Both the position numbers and the translations under genes were made by a program. From an uncultured bacterium (GTDB lineage Bacteria > Chlamydiota > Chlamydiia > Chlamydiales > SM23-39), in NCBI GenBank assembly GCA_963716985.1, contig OY970323.1, positions 1,472,001 to 1,536,000 on the forward strand: a stretch of DNA of 64,000 nucleotides, written 5' to 3'. Within the stretch, counting starts at the first letter, position 1. Every line of letters starts with the position of its first letter. Under the pieces are notes generated by a model that saw only the letters and a program-made list of their open reading frames with translations, was not told the DNA's origin and made no database searches. Positions 14,105-24,154 of the stretch are shown piece after piece.

Positions 14105-15337
14105 TTATTCGTCTCTTTCTTCTTCGATATGCAACGCTTTTCTCACATCTTTCATGATAAAAAAACTGCCGCAAACTAAAAGAAGTTCTTTTTTCTGAGA
14201 AGAAAGGGAAAAACCATTGCGAACGCCTTCCGTCAAATTTTTTTCGACGGAAATCTCTTCAAAAGCAGACTTTTTGAGCAATTGTGCAATGTCTTTTGGA
14301 AAAGCTAGGCGCTTGTGATCCGCTCTTACAAGATGAACGTGAGATGCCATTTTTGCAAGCACTTGCATGCATCGGTCGATATCTTTGTCTTTTGACATTC
14401 CACAGATCACCCGCGGCTTTTGGTCCGAGTAGAAATAACGCCACGTTTTCAAAAGAGATCGAAACCCATCGGGATTATGGGCCACATCAAAAACGATCGC
14501 TTTGGGAAAGTGGGGGAAATTTTTCGCAAAAGGCGCGCTTTCATTTACAACCTCAAAACGGCATTTCGGCCGCATGTTCAGGCCGCTTTGGATATGCTCC
14601 TCTTCAAGGGAAAAGCGCTTTTGCAACTCTTTGAGAGCCGACAGAGCAATCCGTCTGTCTTCTTCATCAAAATAAGGGCCCTCTTCAGAAACGAAAATCA
14701 TTGGGCTTTCGAGCCTCTGCGCCTGTTTCCGGATAATCTTCTGATGGGCTTTAGGCCCTAAAATCAAGGGAACTCTTCGCTTGATAATGCCCGCTTTTTC
14801 CTTGGCAATTTGATCGATTCGATTGCCTAAAAGCTCCGTATGATCCAAGCGCACGGAAGTAATTACGCTCAAAATCGGAAAGATCACGTTGGTCGCATCC
14901 AACCTTCCTCCCAATCCCACCTCGATTACGGCAACATCCACCTTCACTCGTGCGAAATATTCGAAGCAAAGAAGAGTCATGAGTTCAAAAAAAGAAAGGG
15001 TTAGCCCAAGACTTTTCGAAAGAGAGAGCAATTTTTCCATCCCCAAAACCATCTCTTCCTTTGCAATCATTGCGCCATCGACGCAAATCCTTTCTCTAAA
15101 AGACGAGACATGGGGAGAAGTATAAAGCCCCGTGCACAGACCGGACAAACGCAGCGCCTCTGCAATTTTCGTTGCCACAGATCCCTTCCCATTGGTTCCG
15201 GCAACGTGAACAGATAAAAAAGAGCGATCGGGGAAACCCAGTGCTTTTTGCAGCAGCTGCATGTTCCGAAGATGATATTTTTCCCGAATGGGGGGATGGT
15301 CAACCAACTCTTTCAAAAGCTCATGATAGCGATCCAT
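14105..15337 (-). CDS. folC: Folylpolyglutamate synthase/dihydrofolate synthase
   Basis: HVAGTNGKGS, YTSPH, EVGLGGRLDATN, DVAHNPDG. Confidence 0.95.
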   Translation of the reverse strand: MDRYHELLKELVDHPPIREKYHLRNMQLLQKALGFPDRSFLSVHVAGTNGKGSVATKIAEALRLSGLCTGLYTSPHVSSFRERICVDGAMIAKEEMVLGMEKLLSLSKSLGLTLSFFELMTLLCFEYFARVKVDVAVIEVGLGGRLDATNVIFPILSVITSVRLDHTELLGNRIDQIAKEKAGIIKRRVPLILGPKAHQKIIRKQAQRLESPMIFVSEEGPYFDEEDRRIALSALKELQKRFSLEEEHIQSGLNMRPKCRFEVVNESAPFAKNFPHFPKAIVFDVAHNPDGFRSLLKTWRYFYSDQKPRVICGMSKDKDIDRCMQVLAKMASHVHLVRADHKRLAFPKDIAQLLKKSAFEEISVEKNLTEGVRNGFSLSSQKKELLLVCGSFFIMKDVRKALHIEEERDE

Positions 15338-16163
15338 GTTTTAACCTGTCGAAAACATCTTTAGCCACCCAGGCGCTTCCGAGAGAATGAGAAGTTCTTT
15401 CAGGACCATGAAAATCCGATCCCCCTGTCACAACCCACCCCTTTTGTTTCGAAAGAGAGTTCCACTTCTTTTCATCTTGAGGCAAAAGCCGCGGATAGCG
15501 CCCCTCAATTCCGTCAAATGGGAGCTCAAACAAGCTATGTAATACGCTTTTATGAACGATCTGATAGGGATGTGCAATGATCGCCCTTCCATTGCTTTCA
15601 TGAATTTTTTGAATCACTTCTAAGGAAGAATACTTTTCCGCCTGCACATAGCAGCTGCCGCCATCTTTTAAATAAAGCTGAAAGGCCTGCATGTAAGAGG
15701 TGACATATCCCTTTTGCAGTAAAAGGGCGGCGATGTGGGGCCGTCCGATCGATGATAGGCGCCCCCGATTGCATTTCTGAGCAAAATCCACAAGCTCTTC
15801 TTTCTGTAGCAGCATTCCCTTTTGGCCAAGCTTTTTTACAATTTCCAGATTCCTTTTCCAGCGTCTTTGTTGAATGTCCGCTAAAAAACTCCTCAGCCAT
15901 TTCGAGTCGAGGGCAAATCCATAGCCCAAGATATGCACATTCTCTTCTCTCCATTGAGATGAAATTTCCACTCCGGCAAGAAGTTCGATTTCCAAAGATT
16001 TGGCCAGGGCAAACAACTCATCCGAATAGCCATCAATCGTATCATGGTCCGTAATCGAAATGCCCTGCAGTCCGATTTCTTTCGCCAAATGAAGAATCTC
16101 TTCCGGGGCCAATGTTCCGTCAGAATAGCTGCTATGGCAATGCAAATCAGCACGAAAGCTCAT
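15321..16163 (-). CDS. PHP-domain phosphoesterase
   Basis: DLHCHSSYSDG, ITDHD, GRPHIA, AHP, TGGSDFHG; ATG 16163 overlaps the murB stop. Confidence 0.92.
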   Translation of the reverse strand: MSFRADLHCHSSYSDGTLAPEEILHLAKEIGLQGISITDHDTIDGYSDELFALAKSLEIELLAGVEISSQWREENVHILGYGFALDSKWLRSFLADIQQRRWKRNLEIVKKLGQKGMLLQKEELVDFAQKCNRGRLSSIGRPHIAALLLQKGYVTSYMQAFQLYLKDGGSCYVQAEKYSSLEVIQKIHESNGRAIIAHPYQIVHKSVLHSLFELPFDGIEGRYPRLLPQDEKKWNSLSKQKGWVVTGGSDFHGPERTSHSLGSAWVAKDVFDRLKHGSLS

Positions 16164-17038
16164 TGGGTATCTCCGTAAGGAAGGAAGCGAACCTCTTTTT
16201 CTAAGCGAATGCCAAATTTTTCCCAAACGCGCGATTGGATCAGCGAAATAAGTTCCAAAACGTCCCTGCAGGTAGCTCCCCCTTCATTCACAATGAAATT
16301 TGCATGAAGATCGGAAACCTTGGCGCCCCCCAACACAAATCCTTTCAGACCGCTCTTTTCGATCAAAGCGCCTGCGGAAATCTCCCCGCTTGGGTTGCGA
16401 AAGATGCAACCTGCGCTTTTTTTATCCAAAGGTTGCGTTTTTTTCCGATAGGCTAAATAAAATTTTTCCCTTTCCCTCGCTTCTTGGGATGAATGCAAAG
16501 AGAAAAGAGCGCTCGCAATCGCACCCTTCATCTCTTGAAAAGGAGAATATCGATATCCAAATCTTAATTCGGAAGAGAGAAAATTCTTCTCCTCCCCCCG
16601 GTCAGTAATGAAAAGCACTTCTTTTAGAACGAATGCGATCTCCTTCCCGTGCGCTGAAGCATTCATATAAATCGCGCCGCCCACGGTTCCCGGGATGCCG
16701 GAGGCAAATTCCAACCCGGCAAGGGAGTTGCGAACACTCCATGCGCCCAATTGGGAAAAACCCGCACCGCTCCCCACTCGTATCGTCTCTTTTTCATGTG
16801 CGAAAAAATCAATCTGATTGTGAATCACCAAACCCCGGTATCCCTGATCGTCAAAAAGACAATTGGAGCCCTTCCCGAGGATAAAAAAAGGAAGTTGCTT
16901 CAAGGCAGCAAATTGAAGAGCTTCTTTCATCTCTTCCCTATCTCTTACTGCAAGGTAATAGGAAGCACTGCCTCCGACTCCCATCGTTGAAAGCGTTTTT
17001 AAGGAGCGGTTTGTCTCGATTCTCTCTTGGATTTGCAT
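16160..17038 (-). CDS. murB: UDP-N-acetylenolpyruvoylglucosamine reductase
   Basis: GKGSNCLF, GIPGTVGGAIYMNA, SAGCIFRNP, HANFIVN. Confidence 0.95.
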   Translation of the reverse strand: MQIQERIETNRSLKTLSTMGVGGSASYYLAVRDREEMKEALQFAALKQLPFFILGKGSNCLFDDQGYRGLVIHNQIDFFAHEKETIRVGSGAGFSQLGAWSVRNSLAGLEFASGIPGTVGGAIYMNASAHGKEIAFVLKEVLFITDRGEEKNFLSSELRFGYRYSPFQEMKGAIASALFSLHSSQEAREREKFYLAYRKKTQPLDKKSAGCIFRNPSGEISAGALIEKSGLKGFVLGGAKVSDLHANFIVNEGGATCRDVLELISLIQSRVWEKFGIRLEKEVRFLPYGDTQ

Positions 17039-17463
17039 GATGAACCGATCGTTAAAGCCTCATCTTTTTTAAACAAAGTGCTTAAAAGCGCATTGATAAA
17101 ACGTGCACTTTCGGGAGTCCCAAACTTCCGGCAAAGACGTATTCCTTCCGCAAAAACAACTTTTGTCGGAACCTCTTTGACAAAAAAAAGCTCAAAAATC
17201 GCAAGCCGCAAGACATTGAGCTCCACGGGAGAAATTCGATCAAATTCATAAGCAACAGAAAGTTCCTTAATCTTTTGATCTAAAAACTCCTTCTTTTCAC
17301 AGATCGCATGAACGAAATCGTAGGCTTCTTTCGCTTTTCTCTTAGTTGTTTTGATCTGCTCCATAGCAAATTCTAAGACAGGCCCCTCTTCGCCGCAAGA
17401 GAAATCCTCACCGTAAAGAAGTTGCACAATGAGCTCACGAAACTTCTGCTTAGGCAATGCCAT
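16999..17463 (-). CDS. nusB: Transcription antitermination factor NusB
   Basis: QKFRELIVQLLY, VELNVLRLAIFE, SARFINALL. Confidence 0.92.
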   Translation of the reverse strand: MALPKQKFRELIVQLLYGEDFSCGEEGPVLEFAMEQIKTTKRKAKEAYDFVHAICEKKEFLDQKIKELSVAYEFDRISPVELNVLRLAIFELFFVKEVPTKVVFAEGIRLCRKFGTPESARFINALLSTLFKKDEALTIGSSCKSKRESRQTAP

Positions 17464-17773
17464 AAATAATACCTATTTGTTTTAAGCCTCTTTCCGGAGG
17501 AACCCCACCCACTTTCGAGACAACTTGTTGCAAGATAGCAACTATCGCACAGCGAAAAAACACTTTAAACCATTCCAACTTTTACAAGAAGGAATTCTTT
17601 GCTTCCACTCGCTTACTTATGCTTAATGGAAGGGAAAAGATTTTTTTAGAAATTTCCACATCCGCCTATCAATCAATAAGTTGTGTTTTTTTAAAAAAAA
17701 ATTTATCAATTCCTTCTTGCGAAAATTCCAAAGTTCGGTATCTTTTTCTATCTGGACACACGAGATGTTGCCC

Positions 17774-18397
17774 ATGTTTGGAATTTTTTTAGATTCGGAA
17801 ACCAATGGACTGAACCCTAAAAATCATAGGCTTTTGGAAATTGCTTATAAAATCGTTGATCTTTCCTCCGGAAAGCTAACGGAAAGCTATCATGCCATTC
17901 TCCTACAGCCAGCGGAGGTTTGGCAGAAGAGCGACCCTTCCAGCCTTCAAATTAATGGTTTTACTCAAGAGCTCCTTCAACAGAGGGGAAGTGCCGAAGA
18001 GAACGTAAAAAAGGAGATCCTTCGCTCCTTTCAAAAGATTCCCATCGGCCGAAAAAATGCCGTTTTCATCTGCCAAAACCCCTCTTTTGACCGTGCCTTT
18101 TTCTCCCAACTGATCGATCCGGATCTTCAAGAAAGCCTTTCCTGGCCCTATCATTGGCTGGATTTGGCTTCGATGTTTTGGGCCATTCGGATGGCTCGAG
18201 TCAAAAGAGACAAAAAAGAAAAATATCCCTGGGACATCGGTCTTTCTAAAGATCAAATTGCTACCTTTTACCATCTTCCCAAAGAAGCCTCTCCCCACCG
18301 CGCCATGAATGGCGTCGATCATCTGTTGTCTTGCTACCTGGCAATTGTTGGGTTTCCGGATCTCCCGGATAGACTGCAATCTTTCAAATCAACATAA
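17774..18397 (+). CDS. DEDDh 3'-5' exonuclease
   Basis: FLDSETNGL, QNPSFDRAF, HRAMNGV. Confidence 0.85.
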   Translation: MFGIFLDSETNGLNPKNHRLLEIAYKIVDLSSGKLTESYHAILLQPAEVWQKSDPSSLQINGFTQELLQQRGSAEENVKKEILRSFQKIPIGRKNAVFICQNPSFDRAFFSQLIDPDLQESLSWPYHWLDLASMFWAIRMARVKRDKKEKYPWDIGLSKDQIATFYHLPKEASPHRAMNGVDHLLSCYLAIVGFPDLPDRLQSFKST

Positions 18398-18576
18398 GAA
18401 GCGGCCGCCTCCTCTTCCCTCTAATGGATTTCTGCGCTGTCAATAAAGTGGGAGGTTCTCTTTTGCCGCTCCATAAATTCCCATTGGCTCTCATGGGAAG
18501 AGCGAAAAAGAAAAAGCGATCCTTTGCATTAAAGTTTCTCTATTTATATGATAGGATGAGAAATGAGTAATTTTTC

Positions 18577-19383
18577 ATGAGCTTTTTTCAACTAATCGTT
18601 CCCTTTATAGAAATTGCGATTATCTCTATTGCCTTGAACTATCTATTGTCTTTTTTTTGGCATACCAAGTCAATGGATCTCGTTTGGGGATTTTTTGCCT
18701 TCATCCTACTTTTTGCCCTCTCCGGATGGCTCCACTTGCCCGTTCTGCATAAGATCATGTTTTTAATTGCCAACACGGCAATGATTGCCGTGCTTATCAT
18801 CTTTCAGCCCGAACTCCGCGTTGCCCTCTCTAAGCTTTCCTTGAAAGGCAAACGCTACAAAGAAATCACCGAGTTTGACAAATTTCTCGATAGCCTTGCC
18901 AACTCTACTTATCGTTTGGCTGAAAAAAAAACCGGAGCATTGATTGTTCTAGAAAATGAAGACTCCTTAGAAGAATATGCGCAAAAAGCAGTGATGCTTC
19001 ATGCGGTTTTTTCTTCGGAATTATTAGAAACTATCTTTGCCTCCAACACTCCTCTCCATGACGGAGCTTTGATCATCCGAGAAAACATGGTTTTAGCTGC
19101 GGCTGTCATTCTGCCCCTGGCAGAAGATAGTTCACAGCTAAGCAAATCCATGGGCACACGCCATCGGGCAGCGCTGGGATTGAGCCATGCGACCGATGCT
19201 CTCGTGATCGTCATCTCCGAAGAAACGGGAAAGGTATCGATCGCACGCGACGGAATTATAACTCGGGGTATAAAAATCGATCGATTTAAAGGCATTATTC
19301 GCAGCATTTTCAATCCACCGAATCGCGTACAAACAAAATTTCATTTGCGTGAATGGTTTCAACAGTCAACCGCCCCTCCCTAA
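18577..19383 (+). CDS. dacA: Diadenylate cyclase DacA/CdaA; last codons (STAPP*) derive from the inserted element
   Basis: 3 TM segments, PLHDGA and GTRHRAALG motifs. Confidence 0.95.
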   Translation: MSFFQLIVPFIEIAIISIALNYLLSFFWHTKSMDLVWGFFAFILLFALSGWLHLPVLHKIMFLIANTAMIAVLIIFQPELRVALSKLSLKGKRYKEITEFDKFLDSLANSTYRLAEKKTGALIVLENEDSLEEYAQKAVMLHAVFSSELLETIFASNTPLHDGALIIRENMVLAAAVILPLAEDSSQLSKSMGTRHRAALGLSHATDALVIVISEETGKVSIARDGIITRGIKIDRFKGIIRSIFNPPNRVQTKFHLREWFQQSTAPP

Positions 19384-19620
19384 AGGGAGAGGTAGAATTA
19401 AGCCTGAAGTTGACCAGCTTTAGTCTTAAGGCAACTTGAGACTACGTTAGGAGCGAATAGAATATATAGGCACCTTGGAATGCCGCCTCAGTTCCAAGCT
19501 CTGCGGTTAGCAGTTAAACCAAGCGTACAGGTTAAACCAGTGCTGTTAACATGGTAAACCGCTCCATAACTTTGGCGAGGGGAACGTTACCCGGGAAACC
19601 GGAGATTGCAGGTAACTGGT
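19365..19620 (+). ncRNA. IscB omegaRNA / HEARO RNA scaffold
   Basis: Ordered motifs GTCAAC..hairpin..GTTGACCAG, ACTACGTT, GGCACCTTGGAATG..CCTCAGTTCCAAGCTCTGCGG, GTTAAAC, CAGTG, AAACC..TAACTTTGGCGAGG..ACGTTACC. Confidence 0.85.
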
Positions 19621-19717
19621 AGGGGGGAGCAATCCCCCCGCTTTTAAGTTTAACAATAAAGGAGCAGCGCTTCCCCCCACCCCTAAAGGGATGGGTTTTT
19701 CGCGCTGTTAAAATAGG
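19365..19717 (+). mobile_element. Non-autonomous IS200/IS605 (IscB-type) element without a protein gene
   Basis: Starts GTCAAC; subterminal CCCTAAAGGGA hairpins at both ends; no target duplication; removal recreates CAA CAA TGA overlapping the ybbR ATG. Confidence 0.85.
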
Positions 19718-20932
19718 ATGAAAGATCTTCTCAAAAGAGTCTTTTTTGAACATTGGCAAAGGAAAACCATTTCTCTCTTCTTGGCTGTGATTACGTGGTT
19801 TCTCGTCCATCATTCTATGACATCGACCAAAACATTGACCGAGATCCAGGTGAAAGTCATCAATCTGCCCCCAAACAAAACAATTGAAGGGCTGAGCCAA
19901 AGTAATATCATGAACAATCGCATCTCCCTCACCTTGATGGGCAGCAAAAATGCGATCGATGAACTAACTGCCAAGGATCTGGAGGTCATTATTGACGCTT
20001 CGAATAAAGGAGAAGAATGGATTGCGTCCATCTCTAAGAAAAATCTCATTTGCTTCAATCCCGATATTGACATCATGCAGAGTATTCATCGAGTGGACCA
20101 TGAAGATTTCTTCATCAAACTCTCGCCGCTCGCAACATCTAAGATCCCCGTCTATCTCACACCGCCAGAAGGAGAACCACCGCTGGGATATGAATTTTTG
20201 AATGTTTGGCCAAACGAGCTCTTTATCACCCTTAGCGGTCCGGAAAAAACCATCCAAGAACTAAAAAATCTAGGGATTTCTTTGGCCTTCAATTTGGATA
20301 ATGTGTCCAGGCAAGAATTGAACGCTCTTCGCAAGGATAATCCCCACGAAGTCATCAGCTATTCGGTCCCCGCTTCCTGGAAACTTATCGATATCCATTC
20401 CATTTCACCGACCCCCCTCCCAATCGACGATCCCAATAGCTCGCAACTTCGCATCAATTTTGTTCAAAAGGAGATGTTTCCCCTTGGCGTTCCTCTTCCG
20501 ATCCATCTTTTTTGCGCCGCCACAACTCTTTCTTCTTCCGATTCCCCCATAAATCTTAGCGAAAACAAAGGCGTGGTCGAAGAAAAAAATGGTGTCTTTT
20601 TCTACACCGCTCCACTTTTTGTCCGCGGCGTGAACCGTTCTCTTCTCGAGTTCATTAAAAATCGACTCGAACTTATTATTTTTCCCTCCTCCGGAACGTT
20701 TCGTTGGAGCATCGAACTGCAAGGCATCGAAGAGCTTGCGGAAGAGTATGCCGGGCAAGAAGAAAAAAAGCAGCTCCCTAACAATGCCTGTCCGGAAGAG
20801 TATTATATAGACCAATTTCAAAAATATTTGCGCCTGATCCGCTTCTACCAATCCGATGAGGAAGAATTACAACTGCGAATCGAATGCAAAGACAAAAAGA
20901 TTCTCGTCACTCCTAAAAAAGCACATTCCTAA
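19718..20932 (+). CDS. ybbR: YbbR/CdaR-like regulator of diadenylate cyclase
   Basis: N-terminal W.RK.ISL.LA...W anchor; directly downstream of dacA as in other chlamydiae. Confidence 0.85.
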   Translation: MKDLLKRVFFEHWQRKTISLFLAVITWFLVHHSMTSTKTLTEIQVKVINLPPNKTIEGLSQSNIMNNRISLTLMGSKNAIDELTAKDLEVIIDASNKGEEWIASISKKNLICFNPDIDIMQSIHRVDHEDFFIKLSPLATSKIPVYLTPPEGEPPLGYEFLNVWPNELFITLSGPEKTIQELKNLGISLAFNLDNVSRQELNALRKDNPHEVISYSVPASWKLIDIHSISPTPLPIDDPNSSQLRINFVQKEMFPLGVPLPIHLFCAATTLSSSDSPINLSENKGVVEEKNGVFFYTAPLFVRGVNRSLLEFIKNRLELIIFPSSGTFRWSIELQGIEELAEEYAGQEEKKQLPNNACPEEYYIDQFQKYLRLIRFYQSDEEELQLRIECKDKKILVTPKKAHS

Positions 20933-22075
20933 ATGGCCAATCATATTGTTCTTTTAAAGAGCAACTTTCACAAAAAAGGCGGACTCGAAAAATATTCTTG
21001 GAGAACTGCCAAAGCCTTTGCGGCAAAAGGAATGATTGTCGACATTCTCACCACAGGGAAGAAAGAAGAATTTCCTTCGGATGAGCAGATCTCCTTCCAT
21101 GCCTTTCAAACATGCCGCTGGCCGGGGTTTCGGCGCATAGAACAATATGATCGATTTTGCAAGAAATGGATTCATGACCACCCCTCCTCTCTGATCTTTG
21201 GCATGGACCGCAACCGCATGCAAACCCATCTGCGGGCCGGCAATGGAGTGCACATCTCCTATCTCCGCCATCGATACCAGTTTGAAGGTCCTTGGAAAAA
21301 GCTAAGCATCTCCTTAAATCCTTTGCATAGAACCATTTTAAAAATTGAAAAAGAGTCTTTTGAAAACCCGTGCCTACAAAAACTCATTACGAACTCTTCC
21401 ATGGTGAAGGAAGAGATCTTACGCTATTATTCTATCGACGAAAAAAAAATCTTCGTCATTCATAACGGAGTGGAATGGCTTGAGAAAGAGAAGGATTTTC
21501 TTCAGTGGCCAGACAAAAAAAAACTCGTAGCCCAAAAGCTGCAACTCGACCCGGATGTCTTTCATTTTCTATTCATCGGCCACGGATATCTTCGAAAAGG
21601 ATTAAAACCGCTCCTCCTCGCTCTTTCTCTACTGCCTCGACGGGATTTTCATTTATCCATCATCGGGAAAGAAAAAAAAATAAAGGATTTCATTGCGCTT
21701 GCAAAAAAACTCCATCTGGAAAAAAACGTGAGTTTTTTTGGTCCGTTAGAAGAAATTCTGCCTTTTTATCAGCTCGCCGACTGTCTGATAATCCCTTCTT
21801 TTTATGATCCTTTTGCCAACGTCACCGTGGAAGCTCTTTCTATGGGAATATTCGTCGTCTCCTCTAAAACCAACGGAGGCCATGAAATCCTGACTCCAGA
21901 AAATGGCATCGTTATCGACGACAATTTCGACCCATACTCCATAAAAAAATCTCTTCTTTTAGCAATGGATCGTCCAAAAACGCAAAAGAGGGCTGCAGAC
22001 ATTCGCTTGTCAATCCAACACCTCGATTTTTCAAAACAGCTCGAACTTTTGATACAAACGACGCTAACTTCATGA
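20933..22075 (+). CDS. GT4 glycosyltransferase (WaaG/RfaG-like)
   Basis: GGLEKY, RKGL, PSFYDPFANVTVEALSMG. Confidence 0.9.
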   Translation: MANHIVLLKSNFHKKGGLEKYSWRTAKAFAAKGMIVDILTTGKKEEFPSDEQISFHAFQTCRWPGFRRIEQYDRFCKKWIHDHPSSLIFGMDRNRMQTHLRAGNGVHISYLRHRYQFEGPWKKLSISLNPLHRTILKIEKESFENPCLQKLITNSSMVKEEILRYYSIDEKKIFVIHNGVEWLEKEKDFLQWPDKKKLVAQKLQLDPDVFHFLFIGHGYLRKGLKPLLLALSLLPRRDFHLSIIGKEKKIKDFIALAKKLHLEKNVSFFGPLEEILPFYQLADCLIIPSFYDPFANVTVEALSMGIFVVSSKTNGGHEILTPENGIVIDDNFDPYSIKKSLLLAMDRPKTQKRAADIRLSIQHLDFSKQLELLIQTTLTS

Positions 22076-23382
22076 ACCGAGACCTTTTTTTCTATTCTCT
22101 CACTCGCATTCTTACGTTCCCCATTCGATGGATGCCCTACTCCTTCATCCATCTTCTCGGCAGGTGGGTAGGAATGCTTGCCTTTTACTTTCTTAAGAGC
22201 TATCGGAAACGTGCGCTTAGCAATCTTGCTCTGGCCACCGATCTTCATTTGAAAACAGAGGAGCTATTTTCTATTGCAAAAGGATCCTTTCAAAATCTGG
22301 CGATCAACGTTCTTGAATATCCCCGCTTGGCAAGAGAAAAAAAATTTTCTCGGATCGTTCAATGTGAAAATCCGCATATGGCCGACGATCTTTATCGAAA
22401 GGGGCAGGGCATCATTTTTTTCTGCGGACATCAATCTAATTGGGAAGTTCTTTTTTTAGACGGGACGACGCGAATGAAGGGAATTGCCATCGGAAAACCC
22501 ATCAAAAACAAAAAGCTTTATCAATGGATCGTGGATATTCGCGAAAAGAACGGCGGAAGGATCATCGTTCCCCGCAATGCACTGCGCGAAGGGCTTCGCT
22601 CTCTCAGAAAGGGAATTTTTATGGGCATTGTCGGAGATCAGGGAATGCCCGACAGCGGATACTCTTTCCCTTTCTTGGGAAGAAGAGCCTGGACCTCTAC
22701 CGCACCGGCGCTTCTTTCCTATAAAACAAACTCCCCTATTATCGTTGCAACTACCCGCAGAACTAAGGAGGGCTATCGCATCAATTACAGCAACCCCATC
22801 TTTCCGGAGCTCTCGGTGCCTATGGAAGAAGAGATCATCCGTCTCATGAATCATTCCCTCTCTCTCTTGCAAGAAAGCATCAAAAAAAGCCCTGAAGAAT
22901 GGCTCTGGCAACACAATCGCTGGAAACAGCAGACCCCCAAAATCCTTTATAAAAAATTTCGCCATGATTGTATCGCAATGATCCTTCCTCCTCAAAAAGA
23001 GGATGTAGAAAAGATCTTGCCCCATCTAAAAACCCTGAAAAAAATCTATCCGCAAGATTTTATCTTCCTCATGATTCCGGAGTCGCTCAAAAACACTCCC
23101 TTGATCGAAGCAGATGAAACCTTTACCTATCGCGACATCGAAGAGACGCTGCGTTTTGACTATCGCTTCAAGATGGTTTTCAATTTCACCTCTTACAAAA
23201 AAGTGAAAAAGCATTATAAAAAGCTCAGTGCGTTTGAAGTGCTCTCTTTAGAAGATTTTCAAAGGCTCGCTCGCCCCTATTTAGGAGCAGAAAAACCCTT
23301 TGATCTTTCGGAGGTTTTTATCTATGCCCTATGCCGTCCGGCCGCGATCCCGATATTGAAGGAATCTCTTTATGCCCCATGA
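22072..23382 (+). CDS. htrB: Lipid A acyltransferase (HtrB/LpxL family) with C-terminal extension
   Basis: GHQSNWE, VGDQ, PEEWLWQHNRWK. Confidence 0.9.
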   Translation: MNRDLFFYSLTRILTFPIRWMPYSFIHLLGRWVGMLAFYFLKSYRKRALSNLALATDLHLKTEELFSIAKGSFQNLAINVLEYPRLAREKKFSRIVQCENPHMADDLYRKGQGIIFFCGHQSNWEVLFLDGTTRMKGIAIGKPIKNKKLYQWIVDIREKNGGRIIVPRNALREGLRSLRKGIFMGIVGDQGMPDSGYSFPFLGRRAWTSTAPALLSYKTNSPIIVATTRRTKEGYRINYSNPIFPELSVPMEEEIIRLMNHSLSLLQESIKKSPEEWLWQHNRWKQQTPKILYKKFRHDCIAMILPPQKEDVEKILPHLKTLKKIYPQDFIFLMIPESLKNTPLIEADETFTYRDIEETLRFDYRFKMVFNFTSYKKVKKHYKKLSAFEVLSLEDFQRLARPYLGAEKPFDLSEVFIYALCRPAAIPILKESLYAP

Positions 23383-24091
23383 TCGTTTTTTTTCCGAAGA
23401 GAGTCTCAGGGTCCACCAAACGATCACCCTATCCGGCAGCGAGCTGCACCATCTGCAGCATGTCATGAGAAAAAAAACAAACGACCTGGTTGAAATGATC
23501 AACGGAAGAGGAGAGCTTGCGAAAGCCAAGGTGCGCTCCATTGCATCCAAAGAAGCCCTTTTAGACATACTCGATGTTGCAACTGAGCAAAAGCCGCCCC
23601 CATCTCTTTATCTGGCCCAAAGCTGGATCCACCCGACAAGGCTCGATTGGGTCTTGGAAAAGGGATGCGAGCTTGGGGTCACAGCGTTTTTCCTCCTCTC
23701 CACCGACAATTCCACAGCGCCTCATCTGAATGAATCCAAACAAGAACGCATGAGAACTCTTCTCATCTCCGCACTCAAACAATGCGGACGGCTTGATCTG
23801 CCCCGAATTTCCATTCAAACAAACCTATCTTTTCTCTCTTCTCTGTCAGCCACCCTTCTCTTTGGAGATATTCGAGAAAATGCCCATCTTTTGAAGGATT
23901 ACCTCTCCTCCCACCCCTTAGAAAGACCGCCCTGTCTCCTCATCGGCCCCGAAAAGGGCTTTTCATCCAATGAGATCGCCTTATTAGAAGAAAAGATGCA
24001 TGCAACCGGCGTCCGCCTTCACTCCAACATTCTTCGCAGTGAAACGGCTGCCCTTATGGGCCTTTCTCTACTCGCACACCAGCTCGCTTAA
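23372..24091 (+). CDS. rsmE: 16S rRNA m3U1498 methyltransferase
   Basis: HLQHVMR, EKGCELGV, ALKQCGR, IGPEKGFS, ILRSETA. Confidence 0.93.
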   Translation: MPHDRFFSEESLRVHQTITLSGSELHHLQHVMRKKTNDLVEMINGRGELAKAKVRSIASKEALLDILDVATEQKPPPSLYLAQSWIHPTRLDWVLEKGCELGVTAFFLLSTDNSTAPHLNESKQERMRTLLISALKQCGRLDLPRISIQTNLSFLSSLSATLLFGDIRENAHLLKDYLSSHPLERPPCLLIGPEKGFSSNEIALLEEKMHATGVRLHSNILRSETAALMGLSLLAHQLA

Positions 24092-24154
24092 GAATTCTTT
24101 ATCTCGGCAAGACGTGATTAGAGATTCCTTAAGAACTTGGGTCAGCCAAAAGGA

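Noticed and set aside
19532..19900. 122-aa minus-strand ORF over the omegaRNA
   Set aside because: No IscB or TnpA motifs; antisense to the RNA and ybbR.
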